A stretch of DNA of 63,684 nt, counting the filler, from Octopus bimaculoides (taxonomy: Eukaryota): the NCBI RefSeq assembly GCF_001194135.2. It is 9 parts of 9 records of this genome, joined end to end, with 100 filler letters (N's around TTAATTAATTAA, not from the genome) between each part and the next. Parts side by side here need not be neighbours in the genome. Positions count along the whole stretch, not along the records: positions 1 to 17,963 come from NC_068986.1; positions 18,064 to 22,644 come from NC_068987.1; positions 22,745 to 36,708 come from NC_068992.1; 6 more parts are not named here. The stretch is one strand, 5' to 3'. The notes under the pieces are model-generated. The model made no database searches and was not told where the DNA came from. It saw nothing but the letters and a program-made list of their open reading frames with translations. Positions 11,169-22,954 of this stretch are shown here, piece by piece. Positions within the stretch are counted from its first letter, which is position 1; every line of letters starts with the position of its first letter. The translations under genes and the position numbers were made by a program.

Positions 11169-12005
11169 CAATATATTCCAACAATGCAGAAATTTTATTC
11201 ATCAAAGTAAGTACCATTACAATCAACACATTTTTGCCAACGACTTACAGGTTTGTTTATTCCGGTAACATAAAAATCTGGAGTTCTGGAAATGATAAAC
11301 TCGTTGAATGCACTTTCAGCATCGGTTTGATTTTTGAACTCATTCTATCGCAGGAAACTACCAAGGTGCTTGAAAAAGTGGTAGTTGGTAGGAGTAAGGT
11401 CTGGGGAATAAGCTGGGTGGGGTAGAACTTCGTAGCCAAGTCTTCTAACCTTCTAGAACGTAATTAGTGAAATGTGTGGTCGAGCACTGTCATGAAGAAT
11501 GATTGACCTTCTGTTGACCAGTCTGGAATGGAGGAGTAGCAGTTTTCATTCATTTTGGCAACTTCATGGCAATATGTTTCTGCAGTAATGGTTTTTCCGG
11601 GTTTTAAGAAGTTATAGCGGATGAGTCGAGCAGTACACCACCAAACAGAGACACCATAACCTTCTTTCTTAAGAGCTCAGGTTTAGGAAAGGTTTTCGGT
11701 GCTTTATTTTGGTCTAACCACTGCGAAGAATTTTTTGTTATTATTGTACAGAATCCACTTTTCATCGCAAGTTACAAAATGTTCGAGAAATAGATCGGTC
11801 TGGTTATAGAGAGGCAGCGACGAGCAAATTTCATATCTGCATATTTTCTGATTTTCATTCAAATCGTGTGGTATCCATTTGTCGAGCACTTTTGATTTTC
11901 CGATCGCATACAAATAGTTGCAGGCTGTTTTCTGGCTAACTTGAAGTTCTTTTGCCAGATCTCGAGTGGTTTTACATGGATTTTTTTTTCAATGACGGTC
12001 TTTAA
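11169..12005 (-). mobile_element. Mariner (DD34D) transposase remnant
   Basis: Minus strand gives WIPHDL, FVTCDEKWILYNN, KVMVSVW, PHPAYSPDLTPTNYHFF and RWQKCVDCNGTYFDE*, with stops and frameshifts. The 5' end is lost. Confidence 0.9.
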
Positions 12006-13084
12006 CCCATTAAGTCCCAAAGTACTTAAATTTCTGAATATTACTTTTAATTTTTTTTTTAAATGATTGAAAATAGGTTAANNNNNNNNNNNNNNNNNNN
12101 NNNNNNNNNNNNNNNNNNNNNNNNNNNNNNNNNNNNNNNNNNNNNNNNNNNNNNNNNNNNNNNNNNNNNNNNNNNNNNNNNNNNNNNNNNNNNNNNNNNN
12201 NNNNNNNNNNNNNNNNNNNNNNNNNNNNNNNNNNNNNNNNNNNNNNNNNNNNNNNNNNNNNNNNNNNNNNNNNNNNNNNNNNNNNNNNNNNNNNNNNNNN
12301 NNNNNNNNNNNNNNNNNNNNNNNNNNNNNNNNNNNNNNNNNNNNNNNNNNNNNNNNNNNNNNNNNNNNNNNNNNNNNNNNNNNNNNNNNNNNNNNNNNNN
12401 NNNNNNNNNNNNNNNNNNNNNNNNNNNNNNNNNNNNNNNNNNNNNNNNNNNNNNNNNNNNNNNNNNNNNNNNNNNNNNNNNNNNNNNNNNNNNNNNNNNN
12501 NNNNNNNNNNNNNNNNNNNNNNNNNNNNNNNNNNNNNNNNNNNNNNNNNNNNNNNNNNNNNNNNNNNNNNNNNNNNNNNNNNNNNNNNNNNNNNNNNNNN
12601 NNNNNNNNNNNNNNNNNNNNNNNNNNNNNNNNNNNNNNNNNNNNNNNNNNNNNNNNNNNNNNNNNNNNNNNNNNNNNNNNNNNNNNNNNNNNNNNNNNNN
12701 NNNNNNNNNNNNNNNNNNNNNNNNNNNNNNNNNNNNNNNNNNNNNNNNNNNNNNNNNNNNNNNNNNNNNNNNNNNNNNNNNNNNNNNNNNNNNNNNNNNN
12801 NNNNNNNNNNNNNNNNNNNNNNNNNNNNNNNNNNNNNNNNNNNNNNNNNNNNNNNNNNNNNNNNNAGGTGTTATGCCTAGGGTACCATATATTTGGATTT
12901 GTACAGTTTTGTTCTAGTGAATGTTTAAGAAACCATAAGAAAATTATGTGTTTGCTTTAAAATTTGAGATCACATAGACAGTATTTTACGTAGGATATGG
13001 GCAGTTCCCATGAGCACTATCTTTTGAACTTCAGCCATTTTGGGGTTTCCTGGTATCTGAGCTAGGTAGTAATCAGCCCGTTTC

Positions 13085-13104
13085 GCTGATTATTATTATT
13101 ATTA

Positions 13105-13190
<86 letters not shown>
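13085..13190. repeat. (ATT)n microsatellite at the 3' end of an R4-like LINE fragment
   Basis: Visible directly in the sequence. Confidence 0.95.
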
Positions 13191-13193
<3 letters not shown>

Positions 13194-13770
13194 CCTTTAT
13201 TTGCACACCGATGATCTTCTTGACTCCCTACCAAGTTGTGCGACCTCAAATAGACAGAACGTTCCGCAGGATATTCGCTGTTCCCAAAAGTGTTGTCCTT
13301 TGCAATGTTGTAATGTCGGGACAGATTCAATTAGCGTCAAGGTGTTTCTGAAAGCTTTTCGTCATTTACCAAAGTGCTCCAGTCACAACTGGTCTCACTT
13401 TTGCATTCATATCCCCCATTCTCACTTAACGATTTTCTTGTTTTCTTTATCATTGATTCATTGATCTCTTGGGAAAGCTACATCAATCAACAGACGAGCT
13501 GCTTACCGTATTTTTCTCCAGCAAAGTTATGTCCGGCCTTGTATGTTCAAGAACTCTGTCTGTTTGGATTGTAAAGCGCCGCTGGAGTTCCACAGTTTGA
13601 TTATCTAGGACCTTCTCTAGTTTGTACTGATACCCGTTCTTAGTGGTTGGAAATCCATATTCTTTGCACAAAGACCAGTGGACGTGTAAGAACACTTTAT
13701 CGTGACACACTTAGCATTCTCTTTGCGCAAGCATGTCACAAGCACTCAAGATGTGAGTCATACTTTTTAC
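13191..13770 (-). mobile_element. R4/Dong-clade LINE 3' fragment (restriction-like endonuclease domain and 3' UTR)
   Basis: CHDKVFLHVHWSLCKEYG...IQTDRVLEHTRPDITLLEK and LQRTTLLGTANILRNVLSI*, ending in (TAA)n. Confidence 0.8.
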
Positions 13771-13794
13771 CTCATTATTATTATTATTATTATT

Positions 13795-14215
13795 GCCTTT
13801 GCACAGCTTCTAACGCTGGAGATGTATTACAGTGTCAGCTGTTCACTACCAGTGAAGTAAGGTAACACCTCTTATTTTCCGAGTACCTTCCGTATCGAAT
13901 CACAACTTATTGTCAATAATGAGGTGTATATTGTATCTTTTGTAGAAAAGTATTTCTCTACTTTACATATCTGTTTTCACATTATATCAAGGACTTTTAG
14001 GATAATTCTCGATGAACCTAGTGGACACTTTTATCTGCACTTCACCTATTCTCAGATTAAAATCAAAATCTTCAAGTTTTGTTATTACATATTTTGTCAC
14101 TTTTCCTAGGGCCCCAATAGTAATCAGTAGTATCATGGTTTTGTTAACTTCTCTTTTCCAATACTTGAGGCTTTCATACTTCAAGTCAGTATATTACTCC
14201 GCTCTTTATCTTTCA
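13795..14215 (-). mobile_element. Second R4/Dong-like 3' fragment
   Basis: KYESLKYWKREVNKTMILLITIGALG matches the recalled RLE C-terminus KY..L...W...V.PIVIGALG. A 3' UTR and (TAA)n at about 13775-13794 follow. Confidence 0.65.
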
Positions 14216-15200
14216 TTCTCTTAAATTATGACATCAAATGAGATTGCCGCGTCAATTATAAAACATGACTTCATATCACTCTCTATAGTTTCTGATTTGT
14301 TGCGTTCCATTCTTTCACCACATACATAATAAAATTCCTGCAACAAACCCATTTCATTGTATTTGAGGGCTTGCAATTCTATTCCCATAAAATTGTTATA
14401 GTTTTTTCTGCACATTCAAAACCAAATTCTTTGCAAATTTTGTAATAAACTATTGCTGCAATTTTCTCATGTTTACATGTTTGCAGTCATTCTGAATTAT
14501 CTGTGGGAATTCCGATAAAATGCGAGCTATGGTCCCATCTGAATCCTCACATATTCTATATATAGGTGATCAGTCCTACTAATCTGTCGTACTCTTGATC
14601 CAATTTTCTCATAGGATCCATTCCTGTGCTGCCAAAATGATTCCCTTGTTCTCATTCTTCAAAAGTCTTCTCTAACCGTAGCCAAATTTCCTTGTCATCC
14701 TTTATCTCTTTTGTGCTTTTGAAAACCAATCAATGAAGCTTCTTTCCTCTTTGGTTTTTATTTCCTGCTTTCCACGGCTCCTTGTTTTTTCTTTTGATAT
14801 TTGTTCACTTATTACCTCCTTAAGAAGTGTTTCATCTTTTTCGTTTAAATGTGAACCCAAACTTGTCTTTAGCTCTGCTATTTGACACCCATTAATCCTC
14901 TTCTGCTTTTTACAATATAACTGATTCACACCTTACTGGGGATGTATTATACTTATATACATTGTGAGTTGCTTCTTTGTTTTCTAGTCGACGTCCTTTT
15001 GTTTATCTTCTACCAATTTCTGCTCAATAATATATTAGCGATGTTCCCATCTGGTCGATTGCTTGTATGATGTGTTCCGCATTCGATTTTCATTTTGCGA
15101 AAACATTCTTTATTGAAGTGGTAACATATGCATCATTGCATAAATTGTCATTGTTGTTGCATCAGATGACTTTATGACCTCGTCTAGGATTTTACAGGAA
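14216..15200 (-). mobile_element. Older, degenerate R4-like LINE fragment
   Basis: Fragments such as VYYKICKEFGFECAEK and CFIIDAAISFD parallel the RLE region of the neighbouring copies. Many stops. Confidence 0.5.
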
Positions 15201-15415
15201 TCTCGAATAAATACGATTGTTTCTCAAAGATCTCACACACATTTGACTTCTTCACAAACATATTAGCAAACAATACCCACAAGAACACGTACACATACAA
15301 ACAAGCATATATATGTATATACACGTATACATACGCTCACGCACACATACCCAGATATTTACACCCATGAAAACACACACACAGACATACACACAGGCAC
15401 GCACGTACACACACA

Positions 15416-15460
<45 letters not shown>

Positions 15461-15855
15461 TTACACATACACACACTCACACACACATATATATATATAT
15501 AAATATGATAATAATATTATTAGGGATAAAAATCCAAATTTACAGGTAAAATCTCAATTAAATATGTGACAGTGGATTTTCATCGATGAGTTCATGAACN
15601 NNNNNNNNNNNNNNNNNNNNNNNNNNNNNNNNNNNNNNNNNNNNNNNNNNNNNNNNNNNNNNNNNNNNNNNNNNNNNNNNNNNNNNNNNNNNNNNNNNNN
15701 NNNNNNNNNNNNNNNNNNNNNNNNNNNNNNNNNNNNNNNNNNNNNNNNNNNNNNNNNNNNNNNNNNNNNNNNNNNNNNNNNNNNNNNNNNNNNNNNNNNN
15801 NNNNNNNNNNNNNNNNNNNNNNNNNNNNNNNNATATATATACATATATATATATA

Positions 15856-17145
15856 TTAAGTTGGCAACTAAGTTCTCGCTGTTTTTTAAATTTAAATTTT
15901 TTTAAAGGTTTAATAAAAAAATAACAACTAGTTAATCAATAATGTATTCACCATTGTTGTTTATAACTTCTTCCCAACGTTCAACAAGATTTTCAATACC
16001 TCGTTCGTAGAAATAACCCGATTTCGACTCGAAAAATTGATCCAAATCTGTATAAGTACAAAACGAAACAACTCCGCACATAGCATTTGAAAGAGATCGA
16101 AAGAGGTGGAAATCCGTTGGTGCCAAATCAGGAGAGTACGGTGGGTGTGGCAGAACTTCCCAGGCATGCGTCTGAATGGCCTCCGTGGTCATATTGGTGA
16201 TATGAAGGCGGGCGTTGTCGTGCAATAGAAGAACTCAATGCTGACGATTAGGTCTTTTCTCTTGAATAACCGTGTTGAGTCGTTCCATCTGCTGAACATA
16301 GAGTTCCGCGTTGACCGTTTGGTTCCGTTCAAGCAATTTGTAATGGATAATCCCTTCCCAGTCCCACCATACGCACCACATCATTTTACTCGGATAAAGA
16401 TCTTGTTTCACGCGCAGTATCGCTTGTTTACCGGCGCTAAGACATTCATTACACTGCTTCATATTGATGTCCAGGCACCATTTTTCGTCACCAGTAACGA
16501 TTCGGTAAAGAAATCGTTGCTTATTTGAGCGGTGACGGGCAAGCAAACCAGCGGAGATTGTGTCTCGTTGATTTTTGATGTTGTCACTTAAAGCATGCGG
16601 AACCTATGCTCCATACTTCTGAACCTTTCCCATCGAGTGAAGATGCTTCTCTATATTAGTGTGGGAGCATTCCATTTTCTCTGCCATTTCTTTTGTCGTT
16701 TGATGAGAATTTTCGTGCAGAAGTTGGTTTAATCTCTCTTAATCGAACTCAACTGGACGGCCAGAACGAGGTGCATCTTTGAGGTCAAAATTTCCATTTT
16801 TGAACTTGGCATACCAATCATGAGCGGTTCTTTCAGCTATGGCACCCTCTACATACACAGCACAAATGTGGCGAGCAGCTTTTGCGGCCTTAGAACCTTG
16901 ATTAAAAGCAAAAAGAAAGGGGTGTCGAAAATGCTCGTTTTTTTTTTTTTAACTTGACATTCCATTTTAATGATCTGAAAATAAACAAAAGTTAACTAAA
17001 ATTAACTAGAAAAAAAAAAAAAAAAGAAATAGATTTCAAAATGATTCAAAAATAGAATTTTCGAAAAAAAATAGATTCCAAAATTTAAAAACGCAATAAA
17101 TTCCAAAATTAAAAAAAAGCGGCGGGAACTTAGTTGCCAACCCAA
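15856..17145 (-). mobile_element. Full-length (1290 bp) mariner with TIRs and TA target sites; transposase inactivated
   Basis: TIRs ttaagttggcaactaagttctcgc and gcgggaacttagttgccaacccaa, each flanked by TA. The transposase runs from about 16965 to 15932 (ME..K.NEHFRH, RSGRPVEFD, RIVTGDEKWC, HDNARLH, HPPYSPDLAPTDFHLF) with stops and frameshifts. Confidence 0.95.
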
Positions 17146-17751
17146 TATATAAGTTTTACAAGTAAAAGGCTGACAGAGACGAAAAAGTTTCGGCTTAAGT
17201 GCCTTCGTTAGTGTGACGAAAACAACTGACACAAAACTTCGGAGTCACTGTCTAACATCTTGTAAAAGTAAAAAACAATACTCAATACATTTGAGTATTG
17301 TTTCTTCTTGTATGTCAACATGTTCAGGTATCTTTCCATTCGGCTTGATATAATTTAGTGATGCTTTTTAACGAGTCAAAATGAATGAAAATCTTTCCTT
17401 CATTTGGATTAATAAAAAGGATAATATTCTAAAGAAATAGGATCTATTTCTTTTTTTTTATTTAAAGAAAAAATGAAAGAACGAACGTCTTCGTTCAAAT
17501 TCTGCCAGCGTTCGATTTGCCATGCATTCCCCCAGGGAATAAAATATGTATCAGCGATAGAATATGCACTGAGGATTGATGTAATTTAGCGTGATCTAGA
17601 ATTTTGCGCCCTTCTATGGCTGCTGTTCAAGACTGAAACGGGGAAAATATTAACAGAATAAAAAAATATAAAAGTATATGAGTAGCGATGAAAAACCAAC
17701 GTATAACAAGAATAAAAAGACGAACAACAATATCAGTAAAACGTAATAGTT

Positions 17752-17753
17752 AC

Positions 17754-17816
<63 letters not shown>

Positions 17817-17827
17817 CCATCACCATC

Positions 17828-17859
<32 letters not shown>

Positions 17860-17911
17860 CATCATCACCACCACCACCATCATCATCATCATCACCATCA
17901 CCATCATCATC

Positions 17912-17960
<49 letters not shown>

Positions 17961-17963
17961 CCA
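17752..17963. repeat. (CAT)n/(CAC)n microsatellite
   Basis: Visible directly in the sequence. It is the source of the poly-M and poly-S ORFs. Confidence 0.95.
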
Positions 17964-18063
17964 NNNNNNNNNNNNNNNNNNNNNNNNNNNNNNNNNNNNN
18001 NNNNNNNTTAATTAATTAANNNNNNNNNNNNNNNNNNNNNNNNNNNNNNNNNNNNNNNNNNNN

Positions 18064-18096
<33 letters not shown>

Positions 18097-18103
<7 letters not shown>

Positions 18104-18225
18104 GGTGTCCACAAAGTCTGGGTACAGGGGGATTAACATATACTTTAAGAAATTATTATTTCTTATATTTAATTGTTTATGTTATGATTTTATTTACTCC
18201 ATCTACCCAGACTAGTGGTGGTTAC
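18097..18225. mobile_element. Short TA-flanked MITE-like element
   Basis: Left end ta-cagggtgtccacaaagtctggg and a partial inverted right end cccagactagtgg. Confidence 0.45.
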
Positions 18226-19289
18226 ACTCTTTGTGCGATACGCAGCATCTTTGGTTATTATGGTAACAGCTCTTCGCAATCAGCTATGAAACACGGGGTG
18301 CTTCTTTGCTATGATTACTATACAAACAGACTCCTTCGCCACGGTGATGTCTAAAATACTCGCTTCTGGTTGGCTAAAATACCCAAATTTTGCAAATTTT
18401 AAAGGCTAATAACTTTTTAATTATGAATTTATAGGGAAAATTATTTTCATTTTCATAATTAGTATACAAAACTTGTATCAAATTTGAAAACAATTGGAAC
18501 AAAATTATAGACTGACGAAAACCACAAAGATCCGTATATATAACTAAGAATGCTTTTATGCACCATGCATTCATATGAGAAGTTCTCTCGAGGTAAATGT
18601 AGCCGTATTCTATGTTCTAACACAACTTCAACGTTAAGCTGGAGATGAACACTGCCTTGGTATTAATACTGCTTCTGTTGCTATTAATTAAATATTTGGT
18701 TAAAAGCGTTCCGACTGTGACTATCACTACCTTATCTTCTCCGAATATCGAGAACTATATTATTCAATGTGTTCGTTCCTTTTTTAAGACGATGGGAGTG
18801 ATTTGAGGGAGATTTGACTGTTATTTCAGTAGAACAGGTGACTACACAGAAGATTCCTTGATGACGCGCAATAGCAACAACCTCGCTGCTGCTGTTGCCG
18901 CGGTTTTTTGTTGCTGTAGTTTTTGCAGTCATTGTTAATACAACTTTTAGAAATAATGTGCTTGATGTCATTGTTATAATGAATGTGGCGGTAGTGGTGA
19001 TGGTGGTAGTTGTGATGGCGGCCATGGCGGTGGTCGCGGTGGTTACAACCGTGGTGATGGCGGTGGCGGTCAACGGTGGTCCAGCCGAGACCAGCAATGA
19101 CAATCCCGTCTTTGAAATGGTATCTAGGATTACAATATCAATTGCAGGAGTGTCCCAAACTCAAGCTGGCAGACGCCTCTCACCAGCCAAAAATACACTT
19201 TCTTTGCCTGATAACAGACGACAATTAAAATTATATTATTTTTATATCTTTTGAGACTCCCCTCCTCTACTGTTATTGTATATATTCTT

Positions 19290-19445
19290 TTATTCTTTTA
19301 CTTGTTTCAGTCATTTGACTGCGGCCATGCTGGAGCACCGCCTTTAGACGAACGAATCGACCCCGGGCTTATTCTCTGTAAGCCTAGTACCTATTGTATC
19401 AGTCTCTTTTGGTGAACCGCTAAGTTACGGGGGCAAACACACATG
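19290..19445 (-). mobile_element. SINE family A, 3' half
   Basis: Matches 4445-4680. Confidence 0.75.
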
Positions 19446-19447
19446 CA

Positions 19448-19493
<46 letters not shown>

Positions 19494-19755
19494 NNNNNNN
19501 NNNNNNNNNNNNNNNNNNNNNNNNNNNNNNNNNNNNNNNNNNNNNNNNNNNNNNNNNNNNNNNNNNNNNNNNNNNNNNNNNNNNNNNNNNNNNNNNNNNN
19601 NNNNNNNNNNNNNNNNNNNNNNNNNNNNNNNNNNNNNNNNNNNNNNNNNNNNNNNNNNNNNNNNNNNNNNNNNNNNNNNNNNNNNNNNNNNNNNNNNNNN
19701 NNNNNNNNNNNNNNNNNNNNNNNNNNNNNNNNNNNNNNNNNNNNNNNNNNNNNNN

Positions 19756-19805
<50 letters not shown>

Positions 19806-20899
19806 GGGGGGTCTTTATGTTTGTCTCACCATCACCACTGCTCGAGAACCGGTGTTGGTTTGTTTACGCCCCCGTATCTAGTGGTTTGTCAAAATAGACC
19901 GATAGAATAAGTGCCAGACTTTACAAAAATGTAAATACTAGCGTTGATTTGTTCGCAGACCCGTTCTATCACAGATCAATCCGTGGTAAGAGTGACACGA
20001 CCCACAATTGAACTTATTGTGTTATCGCGGATCAGCGATGAATGAATCAATTGATAAACGAAGCTACACATATTAGAAAAGATTTTGTCTCCTTGTCTGA
20101 AGAGTTTATTCAGACAAGGAACAATATGACGTAGTTGTTATGCTTTTTTTAAAAAAAATTAAGGAGAGGGCTTTCTCTTCTCTAGAACAATGATCCTCAA
20201 GGTGGGAACACACCCCACACACTGGTAGAGCATGGGAATATTTTGAGGGGCCTGGGTTACTTCAGAATAGAGTGCAAGTAATAAATGAATAAAACTTGCA
20301 ATAAAGTTTTAATTGAAACTTCTTTTGAATAAATGTATTCTAACTCTATCCGTTCATGGCGGGATGTAAGTTATTTGGAGGAAATGGAAGTTGGACGTGC
20401 ATCAAAACAGGTTGGAAGAAGTCCTGGTCAATATGTGGCAGCAGGATGTGCGCTCCATTGATCGGAACAAGATGATGGAAACGTGTGCCTGATTTATAGA
20501 ACGGAGGATGAGTCGAGTTAAAAAGGGAGGTGTAGTTGCTATATGTGTGGTAGTAAGGGCCGTTTAAAGGCCTTCTGCTTGGAAAGTGTTAAAGTGATAG
20601 TAAATATTTAACAACGGATATTGTAACAGACTAGCAGATTGAGCCATGGAAGAGTATAAACACAAATACATCAGAGAATACACTTAATAAAAATACACAA
20701 ACCACGCATAAAATCTATTTCATGAATAAAATTTATTACGTGAACCAAATACATAAAAATTATAGAACGGACGAACCCATAATTAAAACCCTCGTAAAAG
20801 AGAAATCATAATGCATCAATCCCGAACATAGACCTAACCTAATAATTTTTGCTACAAAAACACCCAAAACCTCTTTATCAATAAAAAAAATAATAATAA

Positions 20900-21128
20900 A
20901 TGCGGGAGTGGCTGTGTGGGAAGAAGTTTGCTTCTCAACCACATGGTTCTAGGTTCAGTTCCACTGCGTGCCACCTTCCAAAAAGTATCTTCTACTATAG
21001 CCTCGGGCCGACCAAAGTCTTGTGAGTGGATTTGGTAGACGGAAACTGAAAGAAGCCCGTCGTATATATATATAATTAACAGAAGGAGATAAAAAAAATC
21101 CAAGGCTGTGAATAGTTTTCAGAGCATT

Positions 21129-21177
<49 letters not shown>

Positions 21178-21375
21178 GTGTCTACGTTTGTCCCCCACCA
21201 CCACCACCACCATCGCTTGACAACCGATGCTGGTGTTTACGTCCCCCGTAACTTGGTGGTTCGGCAAAAGTAAATGAGTACTAGGCTTACAAAGAATAAG
21301 TCCTGGGGTCGACTTGTTCAACTAAAAGTGGTGCTCCAGAATGGCTGCAGTCAAATGACTGAAACAAGTAAGAGA
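20900..21375 (+). mobile_element. SINE family A, full length
   Basis: Colinear with 3627-4045. Confidence 0.8.
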
Positions 21376-22469
21376 ATAAAAACTGCAAACTTGACATCAC
21401 GCCACGAATGATCGATGTAATCTGTAAATTTGACTGTAAAACTGGAAGTTACAAACCTTGGAACCCCAGCTGTTAGATTGAGCACACTTGTATAGCATTT
21501 TCTCGTAGGTTCACCGTATATTTACAGGAAGGAGATATCACACCACACATCACAAACAAAATCAAATAGAGAAATATTAGGGGAGAATACTTAAGATATC
21601 TCATATGGATTCATAGTGCATAAAAGTATTCGTATATATCGTTGAGAGACGAGAACCGTCTGCTACGACGGCCGAAACTTCCAGATCACGTAATTTCCCC
21701 TTGCTGTGGGTTCCTCAGTGACAGACATCCAGTAGCGATATAACAGCCGAATCTCTTGTCGACGATATATAAACTATCGATGTTTATTCAGATACTGACG
21801 TCGCAAATAGCCAGTGGGCTTATTAAAAAATAAAAGCGACAGAAGCAGTATGACTACTAAAAGGCAATCTTGATCTCGCCAACGTGGACGTTGTGTAAGA
21901 ACTCAGAATACGGCGAAATTTGTCTTGAGAGGATCTCTCATAAGGAATCGTGTTGCAAAGCAGGGCAGAATCACATGATCAGGCTGTTCCGGTGGTTGTA
22001 GCAGATGGTTCTCGTCTGTCAACGATGTCATTTCAACTGCTTTTATGCGCCATGAGTCTTCATGAGAGATCCTCTCAAGGTAAAAACACAGTATTTTGTG
22101 TTCAAACACAACGTCCACATTAAGCTGGAGATAAAGGTTGCCCTTTGATATTCATACTGATTCTGTCGCTATTAATTATTAAAGGAGAATACATATCCTG
22201 TAAAAATTCCTCCCCAAAATTAGAAGATTAATTAAGGAAGACATACTCAAATCGCAATACGATGTCAAAATCAACAAACAAACAACTCAGTCAAAACCTT
22301 GACTGCAACAAATAAATCAATTCGTGATAGATGACATATGAAACTAACGGCAACAGAAAAAAAAAAGAAGAGAAAAACCATTTGGCGGTGAAGTTTACAA
22401 TGATTCAGCGAGTACGTATTTGAGAAACAATAAAGATGACATATTTATAAAATTCTTGAAAATAAGTGT

Positions 22470-22645
22470 GTGAAGGTCTGGAAATTTCGGGCCTTGTGCC
22501 TAGAGTAGAAAAGAAACCCTAGCACGCCGGACGAAATGCTTAGCGGTATTTCGTTTGTCTTTACGTTCTGAGTTCAAATTCCGCCGAGGTCGACTTTGCC
22601 TTTCATGCTTTCGGGGTCGATAAATTAAGTACCAGTTGCGTACTN
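22470..22645 (+). mobile_element. SINE family B (chimeric start)
   Basis: Core matches 7878-8110. Confidence 0.7.
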
Positions 22646-22744
22646 NNNNNNNNNNNNNNNNNNNNNNNNNNNNNNNNNNNNNNNNNNNTTAATTAATTAA
22701 NNNNNNNNNNNNNNNNNNNNNNNNNNNNNNNNNNNNNNNNNNNN

Positions 22745-22884
22745 ACTGGGTACTGCACACATTCTACGCAAAACACTTTCAATACAGTAAACATAAGAGC
22801 ACCACAGCAAACCACAACACATACCCAAGGCGCACAGAGCTGCGCTCGGTAGTGAAGTGAAAGCACGTTATAAAAATAAAACTA

Positions 22885-22890
<6 letters not shown>
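22745..22890 (+). mobile_element. R4/Dong-like LINE extreme 3' end
   Basis: LGTAHILRKTLSIQ* plus a 3' UTR nearly identical to about 24965-25108, followed by (AAT)n. Confidence 0.8.
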
Positions 22891-22949
<59 letters not shown>

Positions 22950-22954
22950 TGATG

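Noticed and set aside
18895-19254. Val/Ala-rich ORF, and an alternative frame with GGGRGGYNRGDGGGG that looks like an RGG box
   Set aside because: GC-rich trinucleotide drift explains both frames. Upstream stops, zinc-finger spacing that does not fit RanBP2, and no convincing splice sites.
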